Below are positions 43,471 to 54,751 of a stretch of 64,000 bases of DNA, one piece after another (position 1 is the first letter of the stretch; every line of letters starts with the position of its first letter). The position numbers and the translations under genes are program-made. Source of the stretch: Hydrurus foetidus (lineage: Eukaryota). Under the pieces are notes generated by a model. The model was not told where the DNA came from, did not search any database, and saw only the letters and a list, made by a program, of their open reading frames with translations. The DNA lies in NCBI GenBank assembly GCA_900617105.1, contig UYFQ01000001.1, positions 4,836,001 to 4,900,000 on the forward strand, written 5' to 3'.

Positions 43471-43496
43471 GATGAATTCCTAAAATTTTTAATTGC

Positions 43497-45596
43497 TTAA
43501 TTGAAGGTTTTGCCTTCAGCCACCAAGCGAGCCAGCAGCGGCGCAGGCTTCCAGAAAGCCGCGTCGTCCAGCGGGTTCTGCGCAAAGCGGTTCATGGCTT
43601 GCACCACATTGAACAAGCCCACTTCGTTGGCGTAGTTCATCGGGCCACCACGGTAGATGGGGAAGCCATACCCCATAAGGTACACCATGTCGATGTCGCT
43701 GGCTTTGGATGCAATGCCTTCTTCCAGGATGTGAGCGGCTTCATTAACCAGCGAGTACACCAGACGCTGCACTATTTCTTCGTCAGAAATTTTGCGCGGC
43801 GTGATGCCAAGTGACTTGCGGTGCTCTTCAATCATGGTCACGACCTCAGCATTCGGAATCGCATCACGTTTACCAGGAATGTAGTCGTACCAGCCCGCAC
43901 CGGTTTTTTGGCCAAAGCGGCCTTTTTCACACAACAAGTCAGCGGTTTTGCTGTACTTCATGTCTGGCTTTTCCAGGTAGCGGCGCCTGCGAATGGCAAA
44001 GCCAATGTCGTTGCCTGCAAGGTCGCCCATGCGGAACGGGCCCATGGCAAAGCCGAACTTTTCAATAGCCTTGTCGACCTGTGCGGGGGTGCAGCCTTCG
44101 TCAAGCAAAAAGCCACCTTGGCGGCCATATTGCTCAATCATGCGGTTGCCGATAAAACCATCGCACACGCCAGACACGACGGACGTTTTACGAATCTTTT
44201 TGCCCAGCGCCATCACCGTAGCTAGCACGTCTTTGCCGGTCTTTTCACCGCGCACCACTTCCAGCAGCTTCATGATGTTGGCCGGGCTGAAGAAGTGCGT
44301 GCCAATCACGTCTTGCGGGCGCTTGGTGAACGCTGCAATCTGGTTCATGTCCAGTGTTGAGGTGTTGGACGCCAAAATCGCACCTGGCTTCATCACGCGG
44401 TCCAGTTCTTTGAAAACTTTTTCCTTGACGCCCATTTCTTCAAATACCGCCTCAATCACCATGTCGGCCTCGCCGAGGTCGTCGTAGCTCAGCGTGGTGG
44501 TCAGCATGGCCATGCGCTGCTCGTATTTGTCTTGTTTGAGCTTGCCTTTTTTGACCTGCGCTTCGTAATTTTTACGAATCGTGGCAATGCCGCGGTCCAG
44601 TGCGTCTTGCTTCATCTCTAACATTTTGACGGGAATACCAGCGTTCAAAAAGTTCATCGAAATGCCGCCGCCCATGGTGCCAGCGCCAATCACGGCGATA
44701 GATTTGATATCGCGTTTGGGTGTATCAGCAGGCACGTCAGGGATTTTTGATGCCGCACGTTCAGCGATGAAAATATGGCGCAGCGCCCGACCTTCGGGGC
44801 TCCACATCAGGTTGATAAAAATTTCGCGCTCGAACGCCATACCGTCGTCAAACTTGCGCTTGGTGGCGGCTTCAACCGCTGCCACGCACTTAAGCGGTGC
44901 CGGGTAGTTTTTAGACATGCCGCCCACCATGTTGCGAGCAAACTGAAAGTACGCATCGCTGTTGGCGACTTTACATGGCAAATTGCGCACCAGGGGCAAT
45001 GGACGGGTGTCGGCAATCGACTGCGAAAATGCCAGTCCTTCAGCGGCAAGCGATTCCGCTGACGCCGCCATTTTGTCAAACAGCTTTTGGCCGGGGATTT
45101 GCGCCAGCAATTCGCTTTTGACGGGCTCGCCACTGACGATCATGTTCAAAGCAGGTTCAACACCCAGGGCGCGCGGTAAGCGCTGCGTGCCGCCCGCGCC
45201 AGGAATCAAGCCCAGCTTGACTTCTGGCAACGCCACAGCGCAACCCGGTGCAGCAATGCGGTAATGGCATCCCAGTGCCAGCTCTAGTCCGCCGCCCATG
45301 CAGACCGTATGTATGGCCGCTACGACAGGTTTGGCGGAATTTTCAATCGCCAGAATCACGCTGAGCAGATTTGGCTCTGCCAACGCTTTGGGGCTGCCAA
45401 ATTCCTTGATGTCTGCCCCGCCTGAAAACGCGCCTCCAGCACCCGTAATCACAATCGACTTAACCGATGCATCGGCGTTTGCCTTTTGCAAGTTGTCAGC
45501 AATCGACAGGCGTGTGCTGAAGCCCAAGCCATTGACTGGCGGGTTATTCATGGTGATAACGGCAACAGAGCCGTGAACTTCATAGAGCGTTGTCAT
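43497..45596 (-). CDS. Enoyl-CoA hydratase/3-hydroxyacyl-CoA dehydrogenase (multifunctional beta-oxidation enzyme)
   Basis: GGGLELAL, PGAGGTQR, GAGTMGGG, SNTSTL, HFFSPA. Confidence 0.95.
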   Translation of the reverse strand: MTTLYEVHGSVAVITMNNPPVNGLGFSTRLSIADNLQKANADASVKSIVITGAGGAFSGGADIKEFGSPKALAEPNLLSVILAIENSAKPVVAAIHTVCMGGGLELALGCHYRIAAPGCAVALPEVKLGLIPGAGGTQRLPRALGVEPALNMIVSGEPVKSELLAQIPGQKLFDKMAASAESLAAEGLAFSQSIADTRPLPLVRNLPCKVANSDAYFQFARNMVGGMSKNYPAPLKCVAAVEAATKRKFDDGMAFEREIFINLMWSPEGRALRHIFIAERAASKIPDVPADTPKRDIKSIAVIGAGTMGGGISMNFLNAGIPVKMLEMKQDALDRGIATIRKNYEAQVKKGKLKQDKYEQRMAMLTTTLSYDDLGEADMVIEAVFEEMGVKEKVFKELDRVMKPGAILASNTSTLDMNQIAAFTKRPQDVIGTHFFSPANIMKLLEVVRGEKTGKDVLATVMALGKKIRKTSVVSGVCDGFIGNRMIEQYGRQGGFLLDEGCTPAQVDKAIEKFGFAMGPFRMGDLAGNDIGFAIRRRRYLEKPDMKYSKTADLLCEKGRFGQKTGAGWYDYIPGKRDAIPNAEVVTMIEEHRKSLGITPRKISDEEIVQRLVYSLVNEAAHILEEGIASKASDIDMVYLMGYGFPIYRGGPMNYANEVGLFNVVQAMNRFAQNPLDDAAFWKPAPLLARLVAEGKTFN

Positions 45597-45663
45597 GGCG
45601 CTTGATTCCTTGAGTTGGGTTGAAAACGATTTTGCAAGGGTACCAACGACTGGGCTCAGTCAA

Positions 45664-45685
45664 AAATAGTACGACCGTTCTTTTT
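45664..45685. promoter_or_regulatory. Palindromic operator upstream of the beta-oxidation operon (TetR-type, FadP/PsrA-like)
   Basis: Imperfect palindrome AAATAGTACG-AC-CGTTCTTTTT, ~70 bp upstream of the start codon. Confidence 0.55.
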
Positions 45686-45765
45686 GCATTGTAGGCGTGT
45701 GATTTAGCTGCTTGGCTGTGGCCGCAGCCTGATTTGTCCCACCTGCGACAAACCCTTGTAATGCG

Positions 45766-46461
45766 TTAGACCTCAAGCCATTCTTTGCGAATGTATGCGT
45801 CGGCCCGCAGGCTGTCTGGCGTACCTGAAAACACAATAGCGCCATGGCCCATGACCAGCGCGCGGTCAGAAATCGCCATCGCAATTGTCAGCTTCTGCTC
45901 AATTAATAGCACCGAAATGCCCTTGGCTTTCAGGGTTTGCAGGTATTGGCCAACCAGCTCAACGATTTTTGGCGCCAAGCCCTCGGTGGGCTCGTCAATG
46001 ATGATGAGGTCAGGGTCACCCATCAGCGTGCGGCATAGCGTCAGCATTTGCTGCTCACCGCCCGATAAAACGCCCGCCTCAGTGTGCTGACGTTCAAGCA
46101 AACGAGGAAACATGCTGTACATGTCGTCAAACGACCAGCGCGAAGCTTTGCCCGAACCCTTTTGCCCAAGCATCAGGTTTTGATGCACGGTGAGCTTAGG
46201 GAAAATATCACGATTTTCAGGTACGTAGCCAATACCCAAATGAGCCACTTTGTAGGCTGGCTTGCCCAGTATCTCGCTGTCTTTCCAGACGATGGAGCCT
46301 TCGCAATCGACCATGCCCATGATCGCCTTGGCCGTGGTCGATCTGCCTGAACCATTGCGGCCCAACAGCGCCACAATTTCGCCCGGCTGGACGTCGAACG
46401 TTACGCCGTGCAGCACATGGCTTTTGCCGTAAAAGGCGTGAAGATTTTTAATAGCTAGCAT
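45766..46461 (-). CDS. ABC transporter ATP-binding subunit (LivF-like)
   Basis: GRNGSGRS, LSGGEQQML, DEPTEGLAP. Confidence 0.92.
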   Translation of the reverse strand: MLAIKNLHAFYGKSHVLHGVTFDVQPGEIVALLGRNGSGRSTTAKAIMGMVDCEGSIVWKDSEILGKPAYKVAHLGIGYVPENRDIFPKLTVHQNLMLGQKGSGKASRWSFDDMYSMFPRLLERQHTEAGVLSGGEQQMLTLCRTLMGDPDLIIIDEPTEGLAPKIVELVGQYLQTLKAKGISVLLIEQKLTIAMAISDRALVMGHGAIVFSGTPDSLRADAYIRKEWLEV

Positions 46462-46476
46462 GAAAGGCTCCGACGG

Positions 46477-46546
46477 GTCGCCCCTTGGAGGCCTTGCGCC
46501 CCCCCGGGGGGCAGTAAAGTACGCGAAGCGAAGAGCTCGGGGGTCA
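46477..46546 (-). repeat. REP-like element, family 2
   Basis: Reverse complement TGACCCCC...TCGCTTCGCGTACT...CCCCCCGGGGGG; matches 54749-54817. Confidence 0.75.
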
Positions 46547-47326
46547 TCAATGCCCACCTGCCTGTTGATCAGCTACCGACGAACCCAAGTAAGCCTCTTG
46601 CACCCGCTGATCTGCCCGGACTTTTTCCGGCGTGTCATAAGCAATGACTTCGCCGTACACCACCACCGCAATCTTGTCTGCCAAGCCAAACACCACACCC
46701 ATGTCGTGCTCCACAGTAAGCAAGGTTTTACCAACGGTGACCTGCTTGATCAATTGAATAAATCGACTGGTTTCTGACCGGCTCATGCCTGCAGTAGGCT
46801 CGTCGAGCAAAATCACATTGGCACCGCCCGCAATGGTGATCCCGATTTCAAGTGCACGCTGCTCTGCATAGGTCAGGTTAGTGGCTAGCACGTCGCGCTT
46901 TTTGTCTAACTTGATCATCGCCATTAGCTCGTCGGCGCGGGTGTTGGCGTCGTCCAGGTCAGCCAAAAATTTGAAGAACGTGTATTTGTAGCCAAGGCTC
47001 CACAGCACGCCGCAGCGCAGGTTTTCAAACACGCTCAGCTTGGGGAAGATGTTGGTAATTTGAAAACTGCGCGACAACCCCATCCGGTTAATTTCAAACG
47101 GCTTCTTGCCGTCAATGCGCTGGCCGTTTAGCAGCACCTCGCCGCTGCTGGGTTCAAACCGGCCGCTGATTAAATTGAACAGCGTTGACTTGCCAGCGCC
47201 GTTAGGGCCAATAATGCCAACCCGCTCGCCCGGCGGCACGGCCAAATTAATGCCGCGAATAATCTCTGATTTGCCAAAACTCTTGCGCAGGTCTTTGAGC
47301 TCTAAAGCAAAGTTTGAAGCTGTCAC
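46547..47326 (-). CDS. ABC transporter ATP-binding subunit (LivG-like)
   Basis: GPNGAGKS, LLDEPTAG, VQEAYLG. Confidence 0.92.
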   Translation of the reverse strand: MTASNFALELKDLRKSFGKSEIIRGINLAVPPGERVGIIGPNGAGKSTLFNLISGRFEPSSGEVLLNGQRIDGKKPFEINRMGLSRSFQITNIFPKLSVFENLRCGVLWSLGYKYTFFKFLADLDDANTRADELMAMIKLDKKRDVLATNLTYAEQRALEIGITIAGGANVILLDEPTAGMSRSETSRFIQLIKQVTVGKTLLTVEHDMGVVFGLADKIAVVVYGEVIAYDTPEKVRADQRVQEAYLGSSVADQQAGGH

Positions 47327-48615
47327 AGTGCTTCCCTCCGCTTGATTTCTTTTTCAATGATTTCCTGGATTTGACTCCACTCAACCGCAAACTGCCGTCG
47401 GCAGATTTCAAACAGTCCCACGCCAGTTAGCATGACAAACGCGGCGCCAAACCAGCTGTTCATGCTCTTCGAATCGAGTGTGACGCCCAAAAACGTTAAC
47501 TTTGAGCCAAGTGCAGCATTTAACTGCAAGTGATAAACCATTTCAATCATGCAGGCTGCGCCCAGCAACACCACTAGCGCGGTGAAGGCCAACGCGAGGT
47601 AGCTGACCCACAATTTTCGCAAGTGCCCAAACATGGCCACACGCAAATTCATCATGACCAGCGATGCCACGCCACCAGGGGCGTACATCACCATGAAAAG
47701 AAAAATCAGGCCCAGGTACAAAAGCCAAGCCTTGGTAAATTCAGACAGCAACACAAACGCCAGCACCATCAAAATAGCGCCAATGATGGGGCCGAAAAAG
47801 AAGGTGGCACCCCCCAAAAATGTGAACAGCAAATACGCGCCAGAGCGGTAGCCGCTGACCACTTCGGAGGTAACGATTTCAAAATTTAACGCCGCCAGCC
47901 CGCCAGAAATACCCGCAAAAAATGCGGCCACAATGAAAGCAAAGTAGCGTACCTTTTGCGTGTCATAACCGACAAATTCAACCCGCTCCGGGTTGTCCCG
48001 CACGGCGTTAAGCATTCGGCCGAGCGGTGTGCGCGTGAAGGCAAACATCAGTGCCGTGCAGACCAAGGTGTACAGCGCGATCAGGTAGTACAGCTGAATT
48101 TGTGGGCCGTAAGTCACGCCAAAGGGCTTGGAGCCCGTTACCCGGTTGCCCGACACACCGCCTTCGCCGCCAAAGAACTCAGGGAACATCAGCGACATGG
48201 CCCAAATCAGCTCGCCCACACCCAAGGTAATCATGGCAAACGTGGTGCCTGACTTTTTGGTCGTGATCCAGCCCAGCAAAATAGCTACCAACATACTCGA
48301 TATACCCGCCACGATGGGAATCAGGCTGACTGGCAACGGCAGCGCACCGCCGCTGATTTTGTTCAGCGTATGAATCGCCAAAAACGAACCCATGCCCGAA
48401 TACACCGCGTGGCCAAAGCTCAGCATGCCGCCCTGCCCCAGCAAGATGTTGTAGCTCAGGCACACGATGATCGCAATGCCCATTTGGCTCAAAATGGTGT
48501 GGCCCAAGCTGCTGGTAAAAACCAGCGGCGCCACGATCAGCACCAAAGCAAAAAGCGACCACACCAACCAGCGCCCAATATTGAGCGGCTTGAATTCATA
48601 AAAAGATTTGCTCAC
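47323..48615 (-). CDS. ABC permease (LivM-like)
   Basis: GMLSFGHA, AVRDNPER; multiple transmembrane helices. Confidence 0.9.
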   Translation of the reverse strand: MSKSFYEFKPLNIGRWLVWSLFALVLIVAPLVFTSSLGHTILSQMGIAIIVCLSYNILLGQGGMLSFGHAVYSGMGSFLAIHTLNKISGGALPLPVSLIPIVAGISSMLVAILLGWITTKKSGTTFAMITLGVGELIWAMSLMFPEFFGGEGGVSGNRVTGSKPFGVTYGPQIQLYYLIALYTLVCTALMFAFTRTPLGRMLNAVRDNPERVEFVGYDTQKVRYFAFIVAAFFAGISGGLAALNFEIVTSEVVSGYRSGAYLLFTFLGGATFFFGPIIGAILMVLAFVLLSEFTKAWLLYLGLIFLFMVMYAPGGVASLVMMNLRVAMFGHLRKLWVSYLALAFTALVVLLGAACMIEMVYHLQLNAALGSKLTFLGVTLDSKSMNSWFGAAFVMLTGVGLFEICRRQFAVEWSQIQEIIEKEIKRREAL

Positions 48616-48618
48616 GCG

Positions 48619-49608
48619 TCAGCCCTCCCGCGTGCCAAGCAAGCCCTTGGGCCTGAACACCAGCATCAACACCAGCAGCAGGTAAGGCAAGATCGGCGCC
48701 ACCTGGCTGATTTTTAACTTTAACAACGCATAGCCAAAGGTCTCGGGCGTCACAGTCATGCCAATCATTTTGACGGCTGAAATCATGGAGGCATCCAGGG
48801 CCACAGCAAAGGTTTGCAGCACGCCAATTAGCAGCGACGCCAAAAACGCGCCTGCCAACGAGCCCATACCACCCACCACAACCACCACAAAAATAACTGA
48901 CCCCACGGTTGCGGCCATGCCCGGCTCCGTGACAAAAGCGTTGCCGCCAATGACGCCAGCCAGCCCAGCCAACGCTGCGCCGCCGCCAAACACCAACATG
49001 AACACGCGCGGAACGTTGTGGCCCAGCGCCTCGGCTGTGTCAGGGTGGGTCAGCGCGGCTTGAATTACCAGACCAATTCGCGTGCGCGTCAGCAGCAGCC
49101 ACACGGCAATCAGCATCAGTACGGCAACCAGCATCATGAAGCCGCGGTACATGGGGAACTGCGTGCCAAAAATAGTGAACAGCGGGCCATCAAGGGCAGC
49201 AGGTACGCGGTAATCGACAGAAGAGCGGCCCCACACCAGTTGCACCAGCTCCAGCAGTATATAGCTCAAGCCAAAGGTGATGAGCAGCTCAGGCACGTGA
49301 CCGAATTTGTGCACGCGGCGCAAGCAGTACTTCTCGAACCCCGCGCCTAGCAAGCCGACAACCAGCGGAGCCAACAGCAGCGCCCACCAAAATCCCACCA
49401 GCGCGGTGACGCTATAGGCGACATAAGCGCCCAGCATGTAAAACGACGCGTGCGCAAAATTAAGCACACCCATCATGCTGAAGATCAAGGTCAACCCAGA
49501 GCTAAGCATGAACAGCAGCAAGCCGTAGCTCACGCCGTTGAGCAGCGAGATGGTGAAGAACTCGATGAAGCCCGGACTAAGGCCTAGTGAGTAAAGAGCT
49601 GCGAGCAT
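48619..49608 (-). CDS. ABC permease (LivH-like)
   Basis: GLTLIFSMMGVLNFAH, VVGGMGS, RPKGLLG. Confidence 0.9.
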   Translation of the reverse strand: MLAALYSLGLSPGFIEFFTISLLNGVSYGLLLFMLSSGLTLIFSMMGVLNFAHASFYMLGAYVAYSVTALVGFWWALLLAPLVVGLLGAGFEKYCLRRVHKFGHVPELLITFGLSYILLELVQLVWGRSSVDYRVPAALDGPLFTIFGTQFPMYRGFMMLVAVLMLIAVWLLLTRTRIGLVIQAALTHPDTAEALGHNVPRVFMLVFGGGAALAGLAGVIGGNAFVTEPGMAATVGSVIFVVVVVGGMGSLAGAFLASLLIGVLQTFAVALDASMISAVKMIGMTVTPETFGYALLKLKISQVAPILPYLLLVLMLVFRPKGLLGTREG

Positions 49609-49639
49609 GGAGGTTTCAAGAAATGACAACAAACAAAAA

Positions 49640-49678
49640 ATAAACGCCTTGGCAGCCAGGCAGCTGTCAGGCGTTTAT
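49640..49678. terminator. Intercistronic hairpin after the binding-protein gene
   Basis: ATAAACGCCT...AGGCGTTTAT inverted repeat, T-rich on the minus side. Confidence 0.6.
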
Positions 49679-49702
49679 AAAGTCAAACCCAACCCGGTTG
49701 AA

Positions 49703-50938
49703 TCAGCTAGGCCGTTTCATCTGGCAGCTGGTCGGGGTGCTGGCAACGTAAGCTTCAATGTATTTCACAGGCGCGAAGGTGTAGCCGGTTTTTTCAACGC
49801 TGTACGGGTTTTTGGCGTCGACTTTTTGCCATTTGGAAATGTACAGGCCTTGCTGCATTTGATGATCAGATTTGCGCATGGTGGACTCGCCGTTAAAGCC
49901 CTTGAACTGCAGACCACTCATGGCAGCAGCCACTTTTACCGGGTCCTGTGACTTGGCTTTGGCAATTGCCTCACCCAACATCGTTACGCCGTTGTAAATC
50001 GAGAAGGTATAAAAATCGTCGTTGAACTTTTGCTGAAACTCAGATGTCAGCTTGCCCATCACGCCTGTGTAGTTGGAGTGTGCGTAAGAAATTTGATAAA
50101 CCTCGCCCTCGCCGCCCGAAGCCAACACGGTCGGCGTGCCAGTCACTGCTGCGTAGTAGGTATACAGCGGCAGCTTCAAGCCAGCGTCGTTCAATGCCTT
50201 GACGAACAAGGTGAGGTCGGCACCCCAGTTTCCAGTCACGATGGTGTCTGCGCCTGACTGCTTGATTTTGGCGACATACGGTGCGAAGTCTTTGACTTGG
50301 CCCAACGGGATCAGGTCCTCACCTGCAATGGAAGTGTCGGGCCGCTTGCGTGTCATGCCTTCTTTAAAATACTTGGCAACCTGCACACCGTGTGAGTAGT
50401 TTTGATTAAAAAGATAGACCTTTTTAATCTTGGGCTGGTCCTTCATGAAGCTGGTGAGTGCTTCCATTTTTTGGCTGGTGTCAGCGTCCAGGCGGAAGTG
50501 CCAGTAGTTGCACTTGTCGTTGGTCAATGCTGGGTCAACTGCTGCATAGTTGAGGTAAACGACTTCTTTACCTGGGTTGCGCTCGTTGTGTTTGGCGACT
50601 GCATCGCTCAAAGCCAAAGCAGCTCCGGAGCCATTACCTTGCGTAATGTAGCGAAAGCCTTGGTCAACGGCTGCCTTGAAAGTGTTAAGGGCTTCTTGTG
50701 GCGAGCCTTTGCTGTCCATGCCGACGATTTCAAATTTAACTCCAGCCGGATTGCCAGCACCGTTCAATTTTTCAGTAATAAACTGCCAGCTTTTCAGTTG
50801 GTTTTGTCCCACATTGCCAAACGGGCCAGACAAGCCCTCGATCATGGCGATTCTGACGGTCTCGCCTTTTTGCGCCATAGCTGTACTTGCACACACCAGA
50901 CAGGCGGTAGCAGCAATCAGTTTGAGGGAATAGTTCAT
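49703..50938 (-). CDS. ABC substrate-binding protein (LivK-like)
   Basis: Signal peptide, GLSGPF, DFAPYVAKI; heads the Liv-type operon. Confidence 0.88.
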   Translation of the reverse strand: MNYSLKLIAATACLVCASTAMAQKGETVRIAMIEGLSGPFGNVGQNQLKSWQFITEKLNGAGNPAGVKFEIVGMDSKGSPQEALNTFKAAVDQGFRYITQGNGSGAALALSDAVAKHNERNPGKEVVYLNYAAVDPALTNDKCNYWHFRLDADTSQKMEALTSFMKDQPKIKKVYLFNQNYSHGVQVAKYFKEGMTRKRPDTSIAGEDLIPLGQVKDFAPYVAKIKQSGADTIVTGNWGADLTLFVKALNDAGLKLPLYTYYAAVTGTPTVLASGGEGEVYQISYAHSNYTGVMGKLTSEFQQKFNDDFYTFSIYNGVTMLGEAIAKAKSQDPVKVAAAMSGLQFKGFNGESTMRKSDHQMQQGLYISKWQKVDAKNPYSVEKTGYTFAPVKYIEAYVASTPTSCQMKRPS

Positions 50939-51071
50939 TTCGTTGTCTCCGTTGATTAAAAGCACACCTGTAAAGCGTACAAGTTTTTTCTTGCGCAACC
51001 GCTAGGGAATCCCCTCGGCAAATATCGCTGAAGTGACACCGCCGCAAAACGGCGAGCACTTCATCGACGGC

Positions 51072-52727
51072 TTACTTAACCGGCGACGCGTCGGGCAGTT
51101 TGTAGTCTTTGAGTGTCTCTCGCAATTTTGTTTTTAGCATCTTGCCCGTGGCACCAATTGGTATGGCGTCTACAAACACCACGTCGTCAGGGATTTGCCA
51201 CTTGGCCGTTTTGCCCTCGTAAAACGCAATCAGCTCGTCCCGGCTTACCTCAGCGCCGGGCTTTTTAACCACCGCCACAATCGGCCGCTCGTCCCACTTG
51301 GGGTGCGCCACGCCTATGCACGCTGCCATGGCCACTGCTGGGTGCGCCACGGCAATGTTTTCAATGTCAATCGAGCTGATCCATTCACCGCCAGACTTGA
51401 TGACGTCTTTGCTGCGGTCCGTGATTTGCATGTAGCCATCCGCATCAATTCTGGCCACGTCGCCCGTGGGGAACCAGTCGCGGCCATTGGCATCTTTGAT
51501 TTGCGGGTTGCCGCCTTCGCTTTTAAAGTACTGATCAACTATCCACGGGCCACGCACCAGCACATCGCCAGCGGCCACGCCGTCCCAAGGCAACTCTGCG
51601 CCAGCCGGGTCAACAATTTTCATGTCGACGCCAAAAATGCCGTGGCCTTGCTTGGCCTGCACTGCCCAACGCTCGGCGGGAGCCAAGTTCAAGTGCTTGG
51701 TCATCAATGTGCCTGCAGTACCCAACGGGCTCATCTCGGTCATGCCCCAGCCTTGAATGACCCGCACACCGTAGTCTTCATCAAACTTTTGAATCATGGC
51801 CAGCGGACATGCCGCACCGCCGATCACAGTTCGGTTCATGCACGCGAATTGGAGCTTATTGGCATCCATGTAGGTCAGCAAACCCTGCCAGATGGTAGGC
51901 ACACCCGCCGAAAAGGTGACTCGCTCGTTGTTCAATAACTCGTGCAGCGATTTTCCGTCCATGGCTGCGCCGGGGAAGACCAATTTAGCGCCCACCATGC
52001 ACGCAATGTACGGAATACCCCAGGCATTGACGTGAAACATAGGCACCACCGGCAAAATGGTGTCCTGGTTAGAACAATTGAGCACATCGGGCATGGCCGC
52101 GGCGTAGGTGTGCAGCAACGTAGAGCGGTGGCTGTACAGCACGCCCTTGGGGTTGCCCGTAGTGCCGCTGGTGTAGCACAGGGTAGACGCAGTGTTTTCG
52201 TCAAACTGCGGCCACGCATAACTGCCGCTCTGCGCGCCCATCCAAGCTTCGTAGCTTTGCAGGCCCGGAATGCCGGTGTCGAGCGGCAGTTTGTCAGCAT
52301 CGCACAGCGCGATGTAGTGCTTGATGGTGGTGCAGCGTGCGTGCACAGCCTGTATGAGCGGCAAAAAAGTCATGTCAAAACACAGCACCTGGTCCTCGGC
52401 GTGGTTAGCTATCCAGGCGATCTGGTCAGGGTGCAGACGCGGGTTGATGGTGTGCAGCACCCGGCCAGAGCCGCTGACACCGTAGTACAGCTCGAAGTGG
52501 CGGTAGCCGTTCCACGCCAGCGTAGCGACGCGATCGCCAAACGCCAGGTTTAACCCGTCTAGCGCATTGGCGACTTGCCGCGCCCGCTTGGCCGAATCTT
52601 TGTACGTGTATCGGTGTATGTCGCCTTCGACCCGGCGCGACACCACCTCAGCGCCGCCGTGGTTGCGCTCGGCAAATTCAATCAAGTTCGAAATCAGCAG
52701 CGGCTGATTTTGCATTAAACCTAGCAT
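51072..52727 (-). CDS. Fatty-acid-CoA ligase (DmdB/AlkK-like)
   Basis: [28 protein letters not shown]. Confidence 0.92.
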   Translation of the reverse strand: MLGLMQNQPLLISNLIEFAERNHGGAEVVSRRVEGDIHRYTYKDSAKRARQVANALDGLNLAFGDRVATLAWNGYRHFELYYGVSGSGRVLHTINPRLHPDQIAWIANHAEDQVLCFDMTFLPLIQAVHARCTTIKHYIALCDADKLPLDTGIPGLQSYEAWMGAQSGSYAWPQFDENTASTLCYTSGTTGNPKGVLYSHRSTLLHTYAAAMPDVLNCSNQDTILPVVPMFHVNAWGIPYIACMVGAKLVFPGAAMDGKSLHELLNNERVTFSAGVPTIWQGLLTYMDANKLQFACMNRTVIGGAACPLAMIQKFDEDYGVRVIQGWGMTEMSPLGTAGTLMTKHLNLAPAERWAVQAKQGHGIFGVDMKIVDPAGAELPWDGVAAGDVLVRGPWIVDQYFKSEGGNPQIKDANGRDWFPTGDVARIDADGYMQITDRSKDVIKSGGEWISSIDIENIAVAHPAVAMAACIGVAHPKWDERPIVAVVKKPGAEVSRDELIAFYEGKTAKWQIPDDVVFVDAIPIGATGKMLKTKLRETLKDYKLPDASPVK

Positions 52728-52844
52728 TTGAAAATCTCCAGTCAACATTAAAAACTAACCGCATCATGCCGTAACCGGTCAAGCCAAAGCCTACGGGAAT
52801 CCCCTGAATCTATCACCTGCTGGCGCTTGGGTGACAATTTGCCA

Positions 52845-54293
52845 ATGACTGCTGAATTGAACTGGACCAACCGCTTTGCCCGCCTGGGTGAAAATTTTTA
52901 CACCCGCTTGCAGCCGCAAGCGCTACCCGAGCCGTACTGGATAAGCCGCAACCTGGCCGTTGCTCGCGAACTGGGCATTGACGAAAGCTGGCTTGAGTCG
53001 CCAGACGTGCTGCAAGCCTTGTCAGGCAGCGGCGTTTTGCCGGGCAGCCAGCCACTGGCCAGCGTTTACAGCGGCCACCAGTTTGGCCAGTGGGCGGGAC
53101 AGTTGGGTGATGGCCGGGCGATATTGCTGGGGGAATTGCAAACGCCCGCCGGCGGAATTGAATTGCAGTTGAAGGGTGCTGGCAAAACGCCCTACTCTCG
53201 CATGGGCGATGGCAGGGCCGTGCTGCGGTCATCGATTCGCGAATACTTGTGCTGTGAAGCCATGCACGGCTTGGGCATTCCCACCACGCGGGCGCTGGCC
53301 TTGACGGGTTCAGACGCCAAGGTGCTGCGCGAAGAGATTGAAACTGCCGCCGTCGTTACCCGCACTGCGCCCAGCTTCATCAGGTTTGGGCATTTTGAGC
53401 ACTTCAGCTACAACGAGATGCACGGCGAACTGAAGGCGCTCGCCGACTTTGTGATCGACAGCTTTTACCCCGCCTGCAGGGATGCAACCAACCCTTACGC
53501 CGCTTTGCTTGAAGCGGTCAGTGAACGCACGGCGCACCTGATGGCAGCCTGGCAAGCCGTCGGCTTTTGCCACGGCGTGATGAACACCGACAACATGAGC
53601 ATTTTGGGGCTGACGATTGACTACGGCCCGTTTCAATTTTTGGATGCGTTTGACCCCACCCACGTTTGCAACCATTCAGACAGCCATGGCCGCTACGCCT
53701 ACAACAAGCAGCCCAATATGGCCTACTGGAACCTGTTTTGCCTGGGTCAAGCGCTGCTGCCGCTGATTGGCGAGCAAGACGCCGCCTTGGTCGCGCTAGA
53801 GTCCTACAAAACCATTTTCCCGGCAGCGCTTGAAGCAAAAATGCGTACCAAGCTGGGGCTGCTTGATGAGCAACCCGGTGACAAAGAGCTGATTGAAAGT
53901 ACCTTCAAGCTACTGGCTGCCAACAAGGTTGACTACACGATCTTCTGGCGCGCGCTGGCCAGCTTCACGCCGCAAAGTGGGCATGAACTGCTCCGCGACA
54001 TGTTCTTTGACCGCCAGTCGTTCAATGCCTGGGCGCTACAATATTCAGTGCGGCTAGCGCCCGTATCTATTGGGCAAAGAGCAGATTTAATGCTTAAAAA
54101 CAACCCAAAATACGTGCTGCGCAACCATTTGGGCGAACAAGCCATTCGCGCCGCGAAACTAAAAGACTATTCCAGCATCCATACCTTGCTGTCTGTGCTG
54201 CAGGCCCCATTTGATGAGCATGCTGACCACAACGCGCTGGCCGCATTGCCGCCCGATTGGGCCAGCGGCATTGAAATCAGCTGCAGCTCTTGA
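52845..54293 (+). CDS. selO: Protein adenylyltransferase SelO (YdiU)
   Basis: [22 protein letters not shown]-terminal SCSS. Confidence 0.95.
   Translation: MTAELNWTNRFARLGENFYTRLQPQALPEPYWISRNLAVARELGIDESWLESPDVLQALSGSGVLPGSQPLASVYSGHQFGQWAGQLGDGRAILLGELQTPAGGIELQLKGAGKTPYSRMGDGRAVLRSSIREYLCCEAMHGLGIPTTRALALTGSDAKVLREEIETAAVVTRTAPSFIRFGHFEHFSYNEMHGELKALADFVIDSFYPACRDATNPYAALLEAVSERTAHLMAAWQAVGFCHGVMNTDNMSILGLTIDYGPFQFLDAFDPTHVCNHSDSHGRYAYNKQPNMAYWNLFCLGQALLPLIGEQDAALVALESYKTIFPAALEAKMRTKLGLLDEQPGDKELIESTFKLLAANKVDYTIFWRALASFTPQSGHELLRDMFFDRQSFNAWALQYSVRLAPVSIGQRADLMLKNNPKYVLRNHLGEQAIRAAKLKDYSSIHTLLSVLQAPFDEHADHNALAALPPDWASGIEISCSS
54035..54088 (+). repeat. 54-bp dispersed element, copy 13 (inside selO)
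   Basis: GCTAC-AATATTC-AGTGCGGCTAGCGCCC-GTATCTATT-GGGCAAA; translated as [18 protein letters not shown]. Confidence 0.8.
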
Positions 54294-54325
54294 CTTTTTG
54301 AAAGCTTTTTGAAAGACCTCACACC

Positions 54326-54751
54326 ATGACCCCTACCGTGCCCCCCAAAGTTCAAAAAACCGACGCCGAATGGAAAGCCCTGCTCAAAGAAAAAGGCGCT
54401 GAATCTGTCGCTTTCGACGTCACCCGCCACGCCGGCACCGAGCGCGCCTTCACTGGCAAGTACGAAACCGTGTGGGCAGACGGCGCCTACCACTGCATGT
54501 GCTGCGGTGAAAAGTTGTTTGAATCAAGCACCAAATTCGACTCGGGCTGCGGCTGGCCCAGCTTTTCGCAAGCCACCAACGACAGCGCTATCACCGAACA
54601 CACCGACAACAAGTACGGCTGGAGCCGCACCGAAACGGTGTGCACCAACTGCGGCGCGCATTTGGGCCATGTTTTTAACGACGGGCCCGCACCTATTGGG
54701 CTGCGCTACTGCATGAATTCAGCGTCGTTAGATTTCAAACCAAGTACGTGA
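54326..54751 (+). CDS. msrB: Peptide-methionine (R)-S-oxide reductase
   Basis: [32 protein letters not shown]. Confidence 0.97.
   Translation: MTPTVPPKVQKTDAEWKALLKEKGAESVAFDVTRHAGTERAFTGKYETVWADGAYHCMCCGEKLFESSTKFDSGCGWPSFSQATNDSAITEHTDNKYGWSRTETVCTNCGAHLGHVFNDGPAPIGLRYCMNSASLDFKPST

Noticed and set aside
54282..54293. Selenocysteine read-through at the selO TGA
   Set aside because: The protein ends in the normal bacterial CSS and no SECIS-like hairpin is evident downstream
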